Positions 26,244 to 38,125 of a DNA stretch of 64,000 nucleotides are shown here, in pieces. This DNA comes from Octopus vulgaris (lineage: Eukaryota), in NCBI GenBank assembly GCA_951406725.2, contig OX597821.1:34100001-34164000 (forward strand). Reading direction: 5' to 3'. The position numbers were made by a program, and so were the translations under genes. The notes below the pieces were generated by a model. It searched no databases. It saw only the letters and a program-made list of their open reading frames with translations, and was not told where the DNA came from. The stretch's first letter is position 1, and the number at the start of each line of letters is the position of its first letter.

Positions 26244-27111
26244 GTGTTGAAAGGCACATGGATCAATGGTTAGAGCATAATCATGAGGTTGTGAGTTTGA
26301 TTCCCAGACCGGGCTGTGTGTTGTGTTCTTGAGCAAGACACTTTATTTCATGCTGTAGAAATGAGTTGTGATGTCACTGGTGCCAAGCTGGATCAGTCTT
26401 TGCCTTTCCCTTAGACGACATCAGTGGCGTGGGGAGGAGAAGCTGTTGTGCATGGGCGATTGTCGGTCTTCCATAAACAACCTTGCCGAGGATTGTGCTT
26501 TGGAGGTGCAATCCTACAGTCATTCATGACTGGAAAGGGTCTTTTAACTCTGTGTGTGTATGTGTGTGTGTGTGTGTGTGTATGTATGTGTGTGTGCTTA
26601 AAAGTTGAAATGCATGTAGGAGGACTTGGATGTATGTGTATATGTGTGCTTATCTTTTGTTTTGTTTATTTCAGTCATCGGACTATGGCCATGCAGGAGC
26701 AACACCTTGAAGGTTTTGTCAAACCAATTTACCCCCTGCACATTTTAGTTTTTGTTTTTTTTTTGCTGTTGTTAAAAATCCAATACTTATTTTATTGATC
26801 TCTTTTGCTGAAACCATTAAGTTATGTGGATGTGAACAAACCAACAGCAGTCATCAATGGTGGGAAGGACATACACAAGCACAAAGATACACACATGCAT
26901 AAATGTCAGGCTTCCACATAGTTTCCGCCTACCAGATTCACTCTCAAGGTATTGGTCAGCCCACGTAATAGTAGAAGACAATTGCTCAAGATGACACACA
27001 GTGGGATTGAACCTGGAACCATGTAGTTGGAAAATGTGCTTCTTAAAAGTATATGTAAGCATGTGTGTGTGTGTGTGTGCATGTGTGTTAGTTTATGTGC
27101 TAGTATATTAA

Positions 27112-27316
27112 CCCTTTCGTTACTGTATTTATTTTGAGATGCTCTGTGTTTCTTTCAATTACTTTAAATATAATGAAGAATTTAGTAAAATAACTTGGTT
27201 ATCATTAAGCTTGTGTTAGGAATTTAATTGTGGAAGATTTTAATTCAAAACTTATGAAAACAAGACATTTGTACTCAGAGCCAGAGCTGGTTTCAGCCGG
27301 GTTGGTAACGGAAGGG
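27112..27316 (-). mobile_element. piggyBac-type MITE, inverted copy of 14606-14829
   Basis: ttaa|ccctttcgttac ... gtaacggaaggg|ttaa. Confidence 0.8.
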
Positions 27317-27321
27317 TTAAG

Positions 27322-27577
27322 GGCGGCGAGCTGGCAGAGAAGGCGGCGAGCTGGCAGAGAAGGCGGCGAGCACGCCGGGTGAAATGCTTAGCGGTATTTC
27401 GTCTGCCGTTACGTTGTGAGTTCAAATTCCGCCGAGGTCGACTTTGCCTTTTATCCTTTCGGGGTCGATAAATTAAGTACCAGTTACGCACTGGAGTCGA
27501 TGTAATCGACTTAATACCTATGTCTGTCCTTGTTTGTCCCCTCTGTGTTTAGCCCCTTGTGGGTAATAAAGAAATAG
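27322..27577 (+). mobile_element. SINE family B with reiterated head and TSD ggttaaggg
   Basis: ggcggcgagc occurs three times at the 5' end; ggttaagggc on both sides. Confidence 0.85.
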
Positions 27578-27922
27578 GTTAAGGGCGTGTATATGTGAGT
27601 GTGAGTTTAGGGTATTTAGAGTATGAGTGTGCATTTTGATACAGGCATAGACATAATGTGTACTTGATTCTGAAGTATGGTTGTATATGAGTGGCAGTTA
27701 CATGACTGTGGTCATTAGATATGTGTATATGTATGGGTATTGTTATTGTTAGGATCTGTGTGTGTGTGTGTGTGATTCGTGTATGTATAGTCAGACGTGT
27801 GTATGTCTAAGTGTGTGTTTGTGTACATATGGGTTTGATGTGCATGTGTATATGCATGTGTATTGCTTTATTTTGTATGCTAGTATTTTAGTGTATATAT
27901 GAATGGGTTATATATGTGTTTG

Positions 27923-27959
<37 letters not shown>

Positions 27960-28327
27960 TGCATGGTGGATGTATGTTTCATATGTAGGTAGTGTATTGA
28001 TGTGCATGTGTTATGGAATTGTGTTGTCTTAAGTGTGTGTGTGTGTTTGTTTAGGAGAGATGTTAAAGGAACTGAGGTTGAGAATTGAGACCATAAAGTG
28101 TGAATATCCTGAGAGTAAAAATAGATTCCTGTTCCTACAAAAGATGAGAGTTTGGGGAACAAGACCAAAAGCAAAATAGCTGTGTGGTATGTTCTACTGA
28201 AGAAAAAAAGAGGTGTGACAGGTAACCAGATTTTGAGTCAGATGTCCCTAAATGTTACATAATTCGATCTGTAAGTTTTCACCTAGCTTGTTTGTTGTAT
28301 GTAGATTTGCATAGGCAACACTTTAAA

Positions 28328-28715
28328 GGAGGAATTACAACCGTGTTTCGTGGTCTGCTACCACAACAGCTCCTTTATAGGATCCAGTTAGCTCAAGACT
28401 TCATCAGGAGGAACCACGTCCAGTTTCGGTCCCTACTCCTCTACCGTTCTGACGTGGTGGGGCCCCCTCTTTTGGAGGTGTCTTCAGCTCTGGTGCTGGG
28501 TGCATGTCTTCTTTCTTCTGTTCCCTGGCCTCTTCCATGTATTGTCAGTGAGTGTCAGCCAGTGACTGACTGACTTGTCAAATTTTTCCCTTTAAATACC
28601 TGCCACTGGGGGGGAGCAAAATTTGACAATCAGTCAGTCATCCGCTGACACTCGCTGACGCTACATAGAAGAGGCCAGGGAACAGAAGAAAGAAGAAGAA
28701 AGAAGACATGCACCC
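28328..28715 (-). mobile_element. Penelope-like non-autonomous insertion with an inverted terminus and HHR-like core
   Basis: ~30-bp flanking duplication containing agatttgcatagg; ~90-bp inverted repeat; CTGATGA and GAAAC on the minus strand. Confidence 0.55.
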
Positions 28716-28868
28716 ATGTGCAGATTTGCATAGGAAACACGTTAAATAGTATATCAGACTTTTTAGTTACACCTGAAAGAATCACTGATGAGATTGTGCT
28801 TTGGAGGTGCAATCCTACAGTCATTCATGACTGGAAAGGGTCTTTTAACTCTGTGTGTGCATGTGTGT

Positions 28869-28920
<52 letters not shown>

Positions 28921-29074
28921 GCGTAAAAGTTGAAATGCATGTAGGAGAACTTGGATGTATGTGTATATGTGTGCTTATCTTTTGTTTTGCTTGTTTCAGT
29001 CATCGGACTATGGCCATGCAGGAGCAACACCTTGAAGGTTTTTGTCAAACCAATTTACCCCCTGCACATTTTAG

Positions 29075-29107
<33 letters not shown>

Positions 29108-29971
29108 AATCCAATACTTATTTTATTGATCTCTTTTGCTGTAACCATTAAGTTATGTAGATGTGAACAAACCAACAGCGGTCATCAATGGTGGGAAGGG
29201 CATACACAAGCACAAAGATACACACATGCATAAATGTCAGGCTTCTACATAGTTTCCGCCTACCAGAAGTTGTTGGCGCCAGTGTGGGCAGTGGTTTCAA
29301 TGAGGAAAAAGCCTGTGTGACAACATGAGTGAGACCAGAGGAGAAATTCTGGATGACTGCATAGAATAGGGTGGGGGGGAAGATATGAACTAAAAGATGC
29401 AAGAAACACACTTGAAGACAACAAGGTATGTGTGTTTGTGTTTGTGTGTGTGCGCATATATATAAGTGTGTATATGTATGTACACACACACACACACACA
29501 TATTGACTTCAAAGTTTCACCGAAGCTGAGTCTGGGTTCTCAAACTGTATGGTGATAACAGGAGGTAATTGAATATGTATGGCCATATTCAATATGTTGA
29601 AGGAGAAAGGACGACAAAAGGAAAGAATCTATATAATGATTTGCTTGTTCGTTCATCCGTTATATTAGAGAGGTGGAAGTGGAGTGAGTGAGAGATAGAG
29701 TTAGAGAAAGAGAGAGAAAAGAAAGAAGAGAAAAAGTAGAGAAAGGTGATTAATATCAATACACTTTGGCCAAATGCATGTCATGTGAAGAGCTGAAGAT
29801 AGAGACAAAGAACAAGAGAAGAGAGTAAAAGAGAGGGAGGTGTTAATGACGTGCAGTGGAGTGGGGAAGGAATACTTATTACATGGTAAAGTTAGCAAAA
29901 GGGAAAGGTAGAGAGAAATGGACAGGGGAGACAGTTATATTGAGAGGGAGAGGGAGAGAAAGAGAGAGAGA

Positions 29972-30645
29972 GCATCGCAAATTATGTTGAAGTCACCTAG
30001 CAATACTTATTTCTTTACTACCCACAAGGGGCTAAACATAGAGGGGACAAACAAGGACAGACAAACGGATTAAGTCGATTACATCGACCCCAGTGTGTAA
30101 CTGGTACTTAATTTATCGACCCCGAAAGGATGAAAGGCAAAGTCGACCTCGGCGGAATTTGAACTCAGAACGTAGCGGCAGACGAAATACCGCTAAGCAT
30201 TTCGCCCGGCGTGCTAACGATTCTGCCAGCTCGTCGACGTGCCAAGAAAATTCCCTAGGCTTTTGAAGTAATCTTTCTGCCCGGCTTTTCCTTCGCAGGA
30301 AGCATAGACAGCGACCAGCCTGAACACTTTACCACTGCTGTGTGTTACATCCAAAACGATCAACCTACCTTCCGGATCTATAAAGACAGTTCTAATCTCT
30401 AAATCCAGGTTTTTTCTAACCAGCACTGCCACTCCTCCGCCCCCTCCAGGTCGACAGGGAGAAACGTATATCTCGTAGCCATTTTGAAGGGGGCGAAAAA
30501 GCCTGCAGCCCACTCAGTCTGGGTTCGGTAATTACCACTACATCCAAACGATGCGACCTAAGGTCGTTAAGGAGGTAGCCTTGCTTCCAATACGACCCCA
30601 GGCCGCGAATATTTATACAACCGAGTTTAAACGAGAATGTGAAAC
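29972..30645 (-). pseudogene. L1/Tx1 ORF2 N-terminal AP endonuclease fragment, split by a SINE
   Basis: KLGCINIRGL..LDVVVITET..GGVAVL..DPEGRLIVLDV..LVAVYA, then after the SINE VLLGDFNIICDA (29972-30006). Confidence 0.85.
30008..30233 (-). mobile_element. SINE family B inserted into the Tx1 APE domain
   Basis: Complete family B sequence on the minus strand between GTS and VLLGDFN. Confidence 0.9.
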
Positions 30646-30840
30646 ATTAGTCGAATGTTTAAAACTTACTGTTTTAACGGGAGAGAGGGTGTAGTTTCAC
30701 CCTCCTCTTTTCTGTCTGTGAGTGTTGTGTTTTGCGAGATCATTTTTTTCACGAATTGCCTGTACAGATGGCTCAACAAGTTAATCTGTAACGGGCCGAC
30801 GTCCTCCACAAAAGATTTTTTTAGTTCAAAACAGTCAGAG

Positions 30841-32339
30841 TTATCTATAAGTATAAAATTTGACATCTTCAAGAATAGTATTATTTACATCTGTTGCAAT
30901 ATATTTTTTCGCCGATTTCATTAAAACAATTTTGTCTCTTAATAGTTTATTATTTTTGTTTATCGCCGTGAAGGTGTTTCTCTTTTTTATGCTAGGCGAT
31001 TGTGGAGGGGTGTGTGTTAGTGTGCTTGTAGAAGCATGGGTGTTTGTAGGTGTGTGTGTGCTTGTGGTAGGTGTGTGTGTGTTTGTGTGTGCTTTTTCCA
31101 GTGTGTGTGTTTTTTTGGCTACGTGTGTGTTTGCGACTGTATTTGTGGGTGTAGGTGTGCTTGTCTGTCTCGGAGCATAGTCCTGTGTATCCGAAGATGG
31201 TGGGTTTTTCTGTTTCCGTCTTCTTTTTGAAGGTTCTAGGGTGACCCACTCCTGGATGTTGTTGTTGTTTTCTCCCGCTGTCGGCTGAACTTCGGCAATT
31301 GGGGTGCGCGACGTGGCTGCTATTTCTAGCGGTGTGGTCGTTGTCTTCGGTGTCGTGCTTGCCTCTTCTGCAGCATTTTCTTTGGCTGTCTTCGTCTTAC
31401 AGCTCGACCTTATGTGGCCTTTCTCGCCACATTTGTAACACCTGGGCTTTCTACTCTCGACTACCACCATCATGCTGGTATTTTCTCCAATTGTGAGGGA
31501 ACTGGGCAATTTTTCTAAGTCAGATGGGTTTGCTTGGATCACAAGCTCTAAATCTTGTCCAAACCAGTTCATGTGGCGGTATCTCTTAGACTGAAGAATT
31601 GCAATTTCTTCTTCTCTGCCTAAGAGAATAGCGGCTATGACAAAGGTCACATCTATTTCGTGTGGTATATCCGTGACTGTTATTTTCTAAGTTCTCTCTC
31701 CTAAGTAAGTCGGGAGGAGAACTACATCTTCCGACTTCAGTGTCCTTGTTGAATGTTCCGTAGCTTTTTCTTCGCTAGGGAAACGCACCTCTACAGTGCC
31801 GAAGCGACTACCCCTCGTTATATAACTTGTTTGTTGCCATATCAGCCTCAAGCATTTTTCGATCGCTTCCCTCGGTACAAAATCGATTTTTTATTTTTGA
31901 CATTATATGCCTTGTATATGACAGTTTTTCTCTCCATCGCGTAAATTAATTCACTGGGAGGAAGCAACTTCACATTATCACCTTCTTTTTTTAATAAACT
32001 TTGGTACTTCTTTAATTCTTCTTTGTTTATAACGATGTTTTCACAGGGGCGAGTTGCAACACTCGCAAAATTTATTTTTGATTTTTCCTGTTGTGTAGTA
32101 GCTTTGCTAGACATCTTGTCGTCTGCTTTTGTAACGCTCGCGTGAGACGCCTCTTTACTTATACCTTCCTCCTCCCACATATTCACCTTCATGCCTTCAA
32201 ACAAATTTTCAACGTTTTCCTCCGACTCAGAAGAAATTGGTGGCAAATTCAAGTTTTTCGTCGCTTCCCCTTGAAGCATGGGGGAAAGAACAGCAAAACT
32301 CTGCTGCAACAGCAGAAAAGAAGTGGTCTTGACGACCAA
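30841..32339 (-). pseudogene. L1/Tx1 ORF1 (gag-like), disrupted by a frameshift and a stop
   Basis: ORFs 31848-32339 and 30841-31650 join through ..RGSRFGTVEVRFPSEEKA..LPTYLGERT*KITVTDIP..; zinc knuckle CYKCGEKGHIRSSC; T/P/H-rich tail. Confidence 0.8.
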
Positions 32340-32408
32340 AACAGCAAATTTTCACAATTTTCAGCACAAAAACAATATTTCACTGCAGAGTAAAAAATAA
32401 CACGACCG

Positions 32409-32411
<3 letters not shown>

Positions 32412-32498
<87 letters not shown>
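32412..32498. repeat. (GA)n microsatellite
   Basis: Near-perfect dinucleotide run abutting the Tx1 5' end. Confidence 0.98.
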
Positions 32499-33288
32499 TA
32501 GCAATGGTGATGAGTGGTTTACTGATATTGAAAAGTATTCCTTTTATTGAACTAATTTTTTTATAGTGCCCATCGCATATGCCTAAGTGCAATTATTTAT
32601 CGTCTGCTTGCTTAAAAGAATGATATTTGTTTATAAATTCTGGATTCACAAGAATTCTGGATTCACAAGAAACATGGTTGCAAGCTGCCCAAGAATGAAT
32701 GCACATATATAGTGCACGGATCAGAGAAGAACAGCAAGAATATATAATAAAAAGAGGAAAAGTCAACACCAACAGAAACATGAGGAAATGAATGTAGACG
32801 AACGTTAAGAATATTTGAAGAAAGTTAAACTATGAACGCTATAAAAATGTAAATTATTTTTTATTTCTTAAACAGGTTGTAGCGTACGCTTAGGGAAATT
32901 CCTCTCTCTCCACTTCTACGCAGCAGTGCTTACTGAGGACACTTCACTGGCTGGGCCTGCCTGCATGTTGTATCTCCAGAGGCAATGTGCCTGCACTAAT
33001 GGAGATACAACAATACGCACACAATTCGAGATGGTTGCTGAGAGCAACGCACTTCACCTGTTCTGTGAAACTTGTAAATATACTGGTTGTAAATTGCATT
33101 TGTACTTAAGACTTCTTTCTTCGCCTGCCGGAACCTGAACTGCACGAAGAACAAGATATAATGGGAGAAGGCGATATTCTCCCAATATCGTAAACCTTAC
33201 CTTCCATTATAAGGTCCTCTTAATTTTTTTCATTCTGTGGGATTTCCACAGGTCCTATTAGTAATTATGAATTCAATATTATTATGTA

Positions 33289-33802
33289 CTAGCAGTATTG
33301 CCCGGCGTTGCTCGGGTTTGTAAGGGAAAAAACTATATAAGCATTTTTAGAGAGTTACTTCCCTTATAGATGCCAATTCGGGCTTTCTTAGCCATTTCTG
33401 TTTTGGTGTCTTCAAGCCATGAAGTCGTTGTTCTAAAAGAACGCTGGTCTCCTTGACAACGCTTTACGACGTTGATTTCCTTACACTCCCTTCCCCACAG
33501 CTTCACGAGGGAGGGAAGAAGGGGGAGAAGCAAACAGGTGCAGGTGTGACCATGGACGCCAACTCCGCCGCCATCGACACACGAAAAATTATGCATTAAA
33601 ATGGAATAAAAAATGATGTTAAATTATTTTTAAAATCGTAGACTCATCGTAGACGCGCGCTAATAGCCAGACGGGCTCGATATGAATCACGACTATAAGA
33701 TACCCGAATTTGGTTAAACTGCACCGCAAAATGTGGGAATAGTTAGGAATCTAAATCGAAGGGGACAGACACTCACACAACTACAGTTTTATATATATAG
33801 AT
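33289..33802. mobile_element. Non-autonomous Helitron-like element
   Basis: actag + hairpin cccggcgttgctcggg at one end, tatatatatagat at the other; similar architecture at ~41805-42146, ~55460-56372 and from ~62398. Confidence 0.7.
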
Positions 33803-34062
33803 TATGTGAGTTATATACATGTATGACGATATGAATGAAATGATTGTAGAGTGATTTATTACTATGCTTTTTGCTCTAGGTTACAAAGGATCAAGAAGTA
33901 CTCAGGATCCACTTTCAACACTGGATTTTAAAATGCTCAGCAGTCAAGTCTGGTAGTTTGCGTAGTTAATGTCATGTGTAATGTATCTACATGTCACCTT
34001 TCAGCTTATGTTTTCGTATTAGCTTAACCACTGTAGATATTTTTCTCACTTTTGTGAAATTC

Positions 34063-34268
34063 TCTTTTACTTGTTTCAGTCATTTGACTGTGGCCATGCT
34101 GGAGCACCGTCTTTAGTCGAGCAAAAAGACCCCAGGACTGATTCCTTGTAAGCCTAGTACTTAATCTATCGGTCTCTTTTGCTGAACCGCTAAGTTACCG
34201 GGATGTAAACACACCAGCATTGGTTGTCAAGCGATGTTGGGGGGACAAACACAGACACACAAACATAT

Positions 34269-34301
<33 letters not shown>

Positions 34302-34465
34302 CAATGGGCTTCTTTCAGTTTCCGTTTGCCAAATTCACTCACAAGGCTTTGGTCGACCCGAGGCTATAGTAGAATACACTTGCCCAATGTACCACACAGT
34401 GGGACTGAACCCGGAACCATGTGGTTGGTAAACAAGCTACTTACCACACAGCCACTCCTACGCCT
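34063..34465 (-). mobile_element. SINE family A
   Basis: Collinear full copy. Confidence 0.85.
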
Positions 34466-34535
34466 ATGTGCTTATTTTAATTATTATATGGTTTTTCTTA
34501 TTAAGAATTTTGAAAAAATACGTTTACAATGCTAA

Positions 34536-34847
34536 TCATCATCATCATCATCATCGTTTAACGTCCGCTTTCCATGCTAGCATGGGTTGGACGATTTTGA
34601 CTGAGGGCTGGCGAACCAGATGGTTGCACCAGACTCCAATTTTGATTTGGCAGAGTTTCTACAGCTGGATGCCCTTCCTAACGCCAACCACGCCGAGAGT
34701 GTAGTGGGTACTTTTTACGTGCCACCGACACGGGGGCCAGTCAGGCGGTACTGGCAACGGAATCCTTTTACACATGCCTCCAGCACAGGTGTCAGTAAGG
34801 CGACTTTGGTAACAATCACGCTCGAATGGTGCCCTTTTACGTGCCAA
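34536..34847 (-). mobile_element. RTE 3' UTR copy (family D)
   Basis: (cat)n followed by the reverse-complemented conserved tail. Confidence 0.85.
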
Positions 34848-34914
34848 TCACCCTTTTAGATCACACGCCAAAATAGTACCCCAAAATATATATATTATTT
34901 TAATATTATAGATA

Positions 34915-35390
34915 ATAGGGTTATGTGTGAGAACAATTTTGTTTTCCACATTAGACATGTATAACGCTGTGAATGTGAGCCAGAGAGAGAACTTATATCC
35001 ATCTTTAATTACTGGGTGTATATATTGTCTTGTGAACGACATTAGGAGATATCAGTCACATCAAACGTTCTGAGTATGTCTTTTGTATAGTTGGTGCTTT
35101 TAGTGTCCAATGTTTCTGTTGAATTACATCAGCAGTTAACATTACCAGGTCGTTTGGAAGCAACTTGCAACATTCATGGAGGGAACTGCATCAATTTCAT
35201 GGAAATTTACCTTAAAATTACCAGGTAATTACATGCTGTGCCTCCTCAATATGTATTTCTTTATAATTCTGTTGAGTCGTTATGCAATTTCCTTTGAATT
35301 GGGCGATAACGGATCGGAAGAGGTCATTTTGTTTGTGGGCCTTAACAGTGTCGTAAGGAAATGTATGTGGGTGTAAGTTGTCCTAAGTCC
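34915..35390 (-). pseudogene. Fossil Penelope-like (PLE) reverse transcriptase fragment
   Basis: Minus strand: PYDTVKAHKQND-PL-RSVIAQ (YGLPKxHK..PLRPII motif) and QDNIYTQ..SSLAHI..ALYMSNVENKI (Q..G..MGSPLS..A.LYM..E motif), heavily frameshifted. Confidence 0.6.
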
Positions 35391-35856
35391 TTCTGTGCAG
35401 GATACCACACGTTTGTGTGTTTGTAGTAGTAATTAATTTTATTAAGTTTATTTTTTGATTATGCTGTGTTGGTTTTCGCAATTTTAAAAAGTTTGGTAAT
35501 GTCTTGTAGTGTGTTGCTTATTTTTGAAATGTAATCATCTTTGTTCATAGTAATAACGCTAATGGACTAATGGATTAAGGAGTGCTAATGTTACAAACTG
35601 AACATGAAGGGCAAATATGGAAATATGAAAAATCCTTAATAAAAAAAATCAAACGCGAACACAGACGAGTTTTTCATGAAACACATTCACTCATTCTCTC
35701 TCTCTCTCCCACACACAATCACTCATTCACTTACTTGCTCACAGACACACATGTACACACGATCATGCAAGCATGCACACTGAGTGTTCAAGGCTTAAGA
35801 ACGAGAGTATTCAAGAACAAGACTCTTTAATAATTTATGTCTGCCCACTCCGACCG

Positions 35857-36555
35857 TGATAAATAACATACAGCAAGGTTTAATACTTAATTTTTTTTCA
35901 TGCTCAAGTCAATTTTCTCCCTTTTTTATTTTCTCCTTGGTATAATTAAACTAGTGATTTTATGAATATTGATATTTTCTCATGGGATAATCTAGTTAAT
36001 TTATCAACGCATGGCAACAATTATAAATATCAGCATTTGATACTTGCTCTTGAAGGGATAACCACACTGATACTTCCCTACATGAGGTTAAGTACACAGC
36101 TTAATGTTTCTTTTTCCTCCTGTTTCGTTCGTAAATTTTGTTGATCAAATTTATATTTCTTTCCTCGTTTTTTTCCTCCCTTTGGCATATCCGTTGCAAT
36201 TTTATGAATATTGCTAAGTATCAATATTCATAAAATTATAAGACATACCAACAAGAGAAAGGAGAGGGAAAACACGAATTGGATCAAGAAAACTTATGAA
36301 CAACAAAAAAACAAGACAAAAAGAACAGCTTAAAATCTACAACGCATTTACCCCTAAAACAGAAAAAAAAAAATATTAGTTGTTTATGGATGTTACTGCA
36401 TGATGATAAAATTACTGGATTACCCCACGGGAAAGAATCAATATCCATAAAATTACTATTTGCTCTAGCAAGGAAAAGGAAGAAAAAATTAATTCCATCA
36501 ATATAAATTAAGTATTATGCTTACTGCATGGTACTACACAGTATTTACCATAATC
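35857..36555. repeat. Long diverged inverted repeat (foldback) with internal subrepeats
   Basis: Perfect 16-bp arms 36198-36213 / 36222-36237 at the axis; 35952-36006 pairs with 36404-36458. Confidence 0.75.
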
Positions 36556-36790
36556 GCTGCCCCCACCTCCCAATAATAATTATCAAAAAAAAGTGCTACT
36601 CACTCTGTAGTGAAGCCAGTCTTTATTCTGTTTCTGAATTTCCAGAGCTTCTCCACCTTCGCTATGTGGATTTAATGCTGTTACACATATGATGCTATGT
36701 AAATTGGGGTTGAAAGGCACGCGAAAGTGTGCCTGTCTAACATGAAAATATTGGGTTTTTACTGAATTAAACATGGATTTTTCGTGTATT

Positions 36791-36988
36791 TTTAATTCTT
36801 TATTGCCCACAAGGGGCTAAACATAGAGGGGACAAACAAGGACAAACAAAGGGACTAAATCGATTACATCGACTCCAGTGCGTAACTGGTACTTATTTAA
36901 TCGACCTCGAAAGGATGAAAGGCAAAGTCGACCTCGGCGGAATTTGAACACAGAACGCCTGGCGTGCTAACGTTTCTGCCAGCTCGCC
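36791..36988 (-). mobile_element. SINE family B (internally deleted) with a 15-bp TSD
   Basis: gatttttcgtgtatt at 36776-36790 and 36989-37003. Confidence 0.9.
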
Positions 36989-37849
36989 GATTTTTCGTGT
37001 ATTAAATTTGGTTTATTTTATAATTTTTATAATGGAAGGCAAATAATTTATTTTCATATACCCTACCCACCCAAACTAACATGTGTGTTTGTGTGTATGT
37101 TTCTGTGTATGTGTGTGTGTGTGTGTGCACGCATGTCTTCGTGTGTGTGAGAGGTGCTGTAAGAGTTTGAAGTGGCCTTTATGTAGTAGATTAATGGAGA
37201 TGGAGCAATAACTTGGGTTTAATGTTAGAATGTTGCACGTTATGCTTACCAAGTATAACTGGCAACCTATGGAATGCAGTACACAACAAGAGCAGCTACC
37301 AGTAATCTACAAAATATAGTTAGGAAAAGCGAGAACTAGAGAAGAACTTTAATTAGGGAGATATGTAATAGAACAGGTACTTCAGGTATCCAAATGGTTG
37401 GTATTATTAGTATTGTGTAATTTGAAACGCCAAATACTTAATCTTAGAAAACAAAAATCCAGTTTAACGAAAATTATGTAGGGGTGAAAGTCAGTATTAA
37501 ATTATGTATATACGTACATACAACTTGAAACTGTATTCTCAAAAATGCATTTGCACCCTCACCTGTGTACCTACGTATGCACCCACTCAGCCAGAAATAC
37601 ACTTACATTCAGGCATTCACATTGAAGTATATAATCTTAATTTTCTCCCTTAGTAAAGTACCAAGGGGCAGCCAGCATAAAGATACTGTTATAGATATGG
37701 TTAAGATAGAAGGGAAAAGGAAAGTAAAAAGTGTAAAAGAAAACAGGTGGAAAAGGAAAGAATTACTGTAGGTGGCAGAATTATAGGATCGAGGAGTTGC
37801 GATGATGCTAATCCGATGATGGCGAAAGCTTTTGAATAGGATATCAATA

Positions 37850-38125
37850 AACTTATCAGGACACTTTGTGGAAATCTCATTTCTAGAATCTAAACAGTTT
37901 CCAGGTTCTTTAATTTGTGTAAAATGTGTGTTCTTTCCATCGCACAAAGCCATTTACGTGGTGATTTCAATCTTTTGAACCCCATTCCAATTTAATGTTC
38001 TTGGTTGATTATTTTTTAGATGTGTTTTGCCAGTGTCATAGAATTCCTCTTGTTAATGAGTCTGAAGAATGGGTCATGGTTATAAAATTATTGTTTGGGT
38101 TTCCCTTCAGCCATACTTCTGCAAT
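37850..38125 (-). pseudogene. Fossil Penelope-like GIY-YIG endonuclease C-terminal half
   Basis: MAEGKPKQ*FYNHDPFFRLINKRNSMTLAKHI* ... LCDGK..CLDSRNEISTKC matches E..FK.R.YNH..F..NST.LS.H.W ... C.LC..EK ... LN.R.E...C of PLE endonucleases. Confidence 0.65.

Larger units (their letters stand above)
26491..29265 (+). repeat. ~450-bp direct duplication (26491-26935 and 28792-29266)
   Basis: Near-identical from gattgtgctttggaggtgcaatcc to agtttccgcctaccaga. Confidence 0.9.
29972..32411 (-). mobile_element. L1/Tx1-clade LINE, 5' end apparently intact, 3'-truncated within the APE domain
   Basis: Short 5' UTR, ORF1 with a CCHC knuckle, start of ORF2 with APE motifs; (TC)n on both sides. Confidence 0.85.

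Noticed and set aside
29271-29290. tggcgccagtgtggg as an LTR primer-binding site
   Set aside because: The preceding repeat lacks LTR termini and no gag/pol follows
33881-33953. Acceptor-flanked segment as an exon (similar cases at ~20738 and ~36645)
   Set aside because: Donors weak or phases inconsistent; cannot be linked into a model without RNA data
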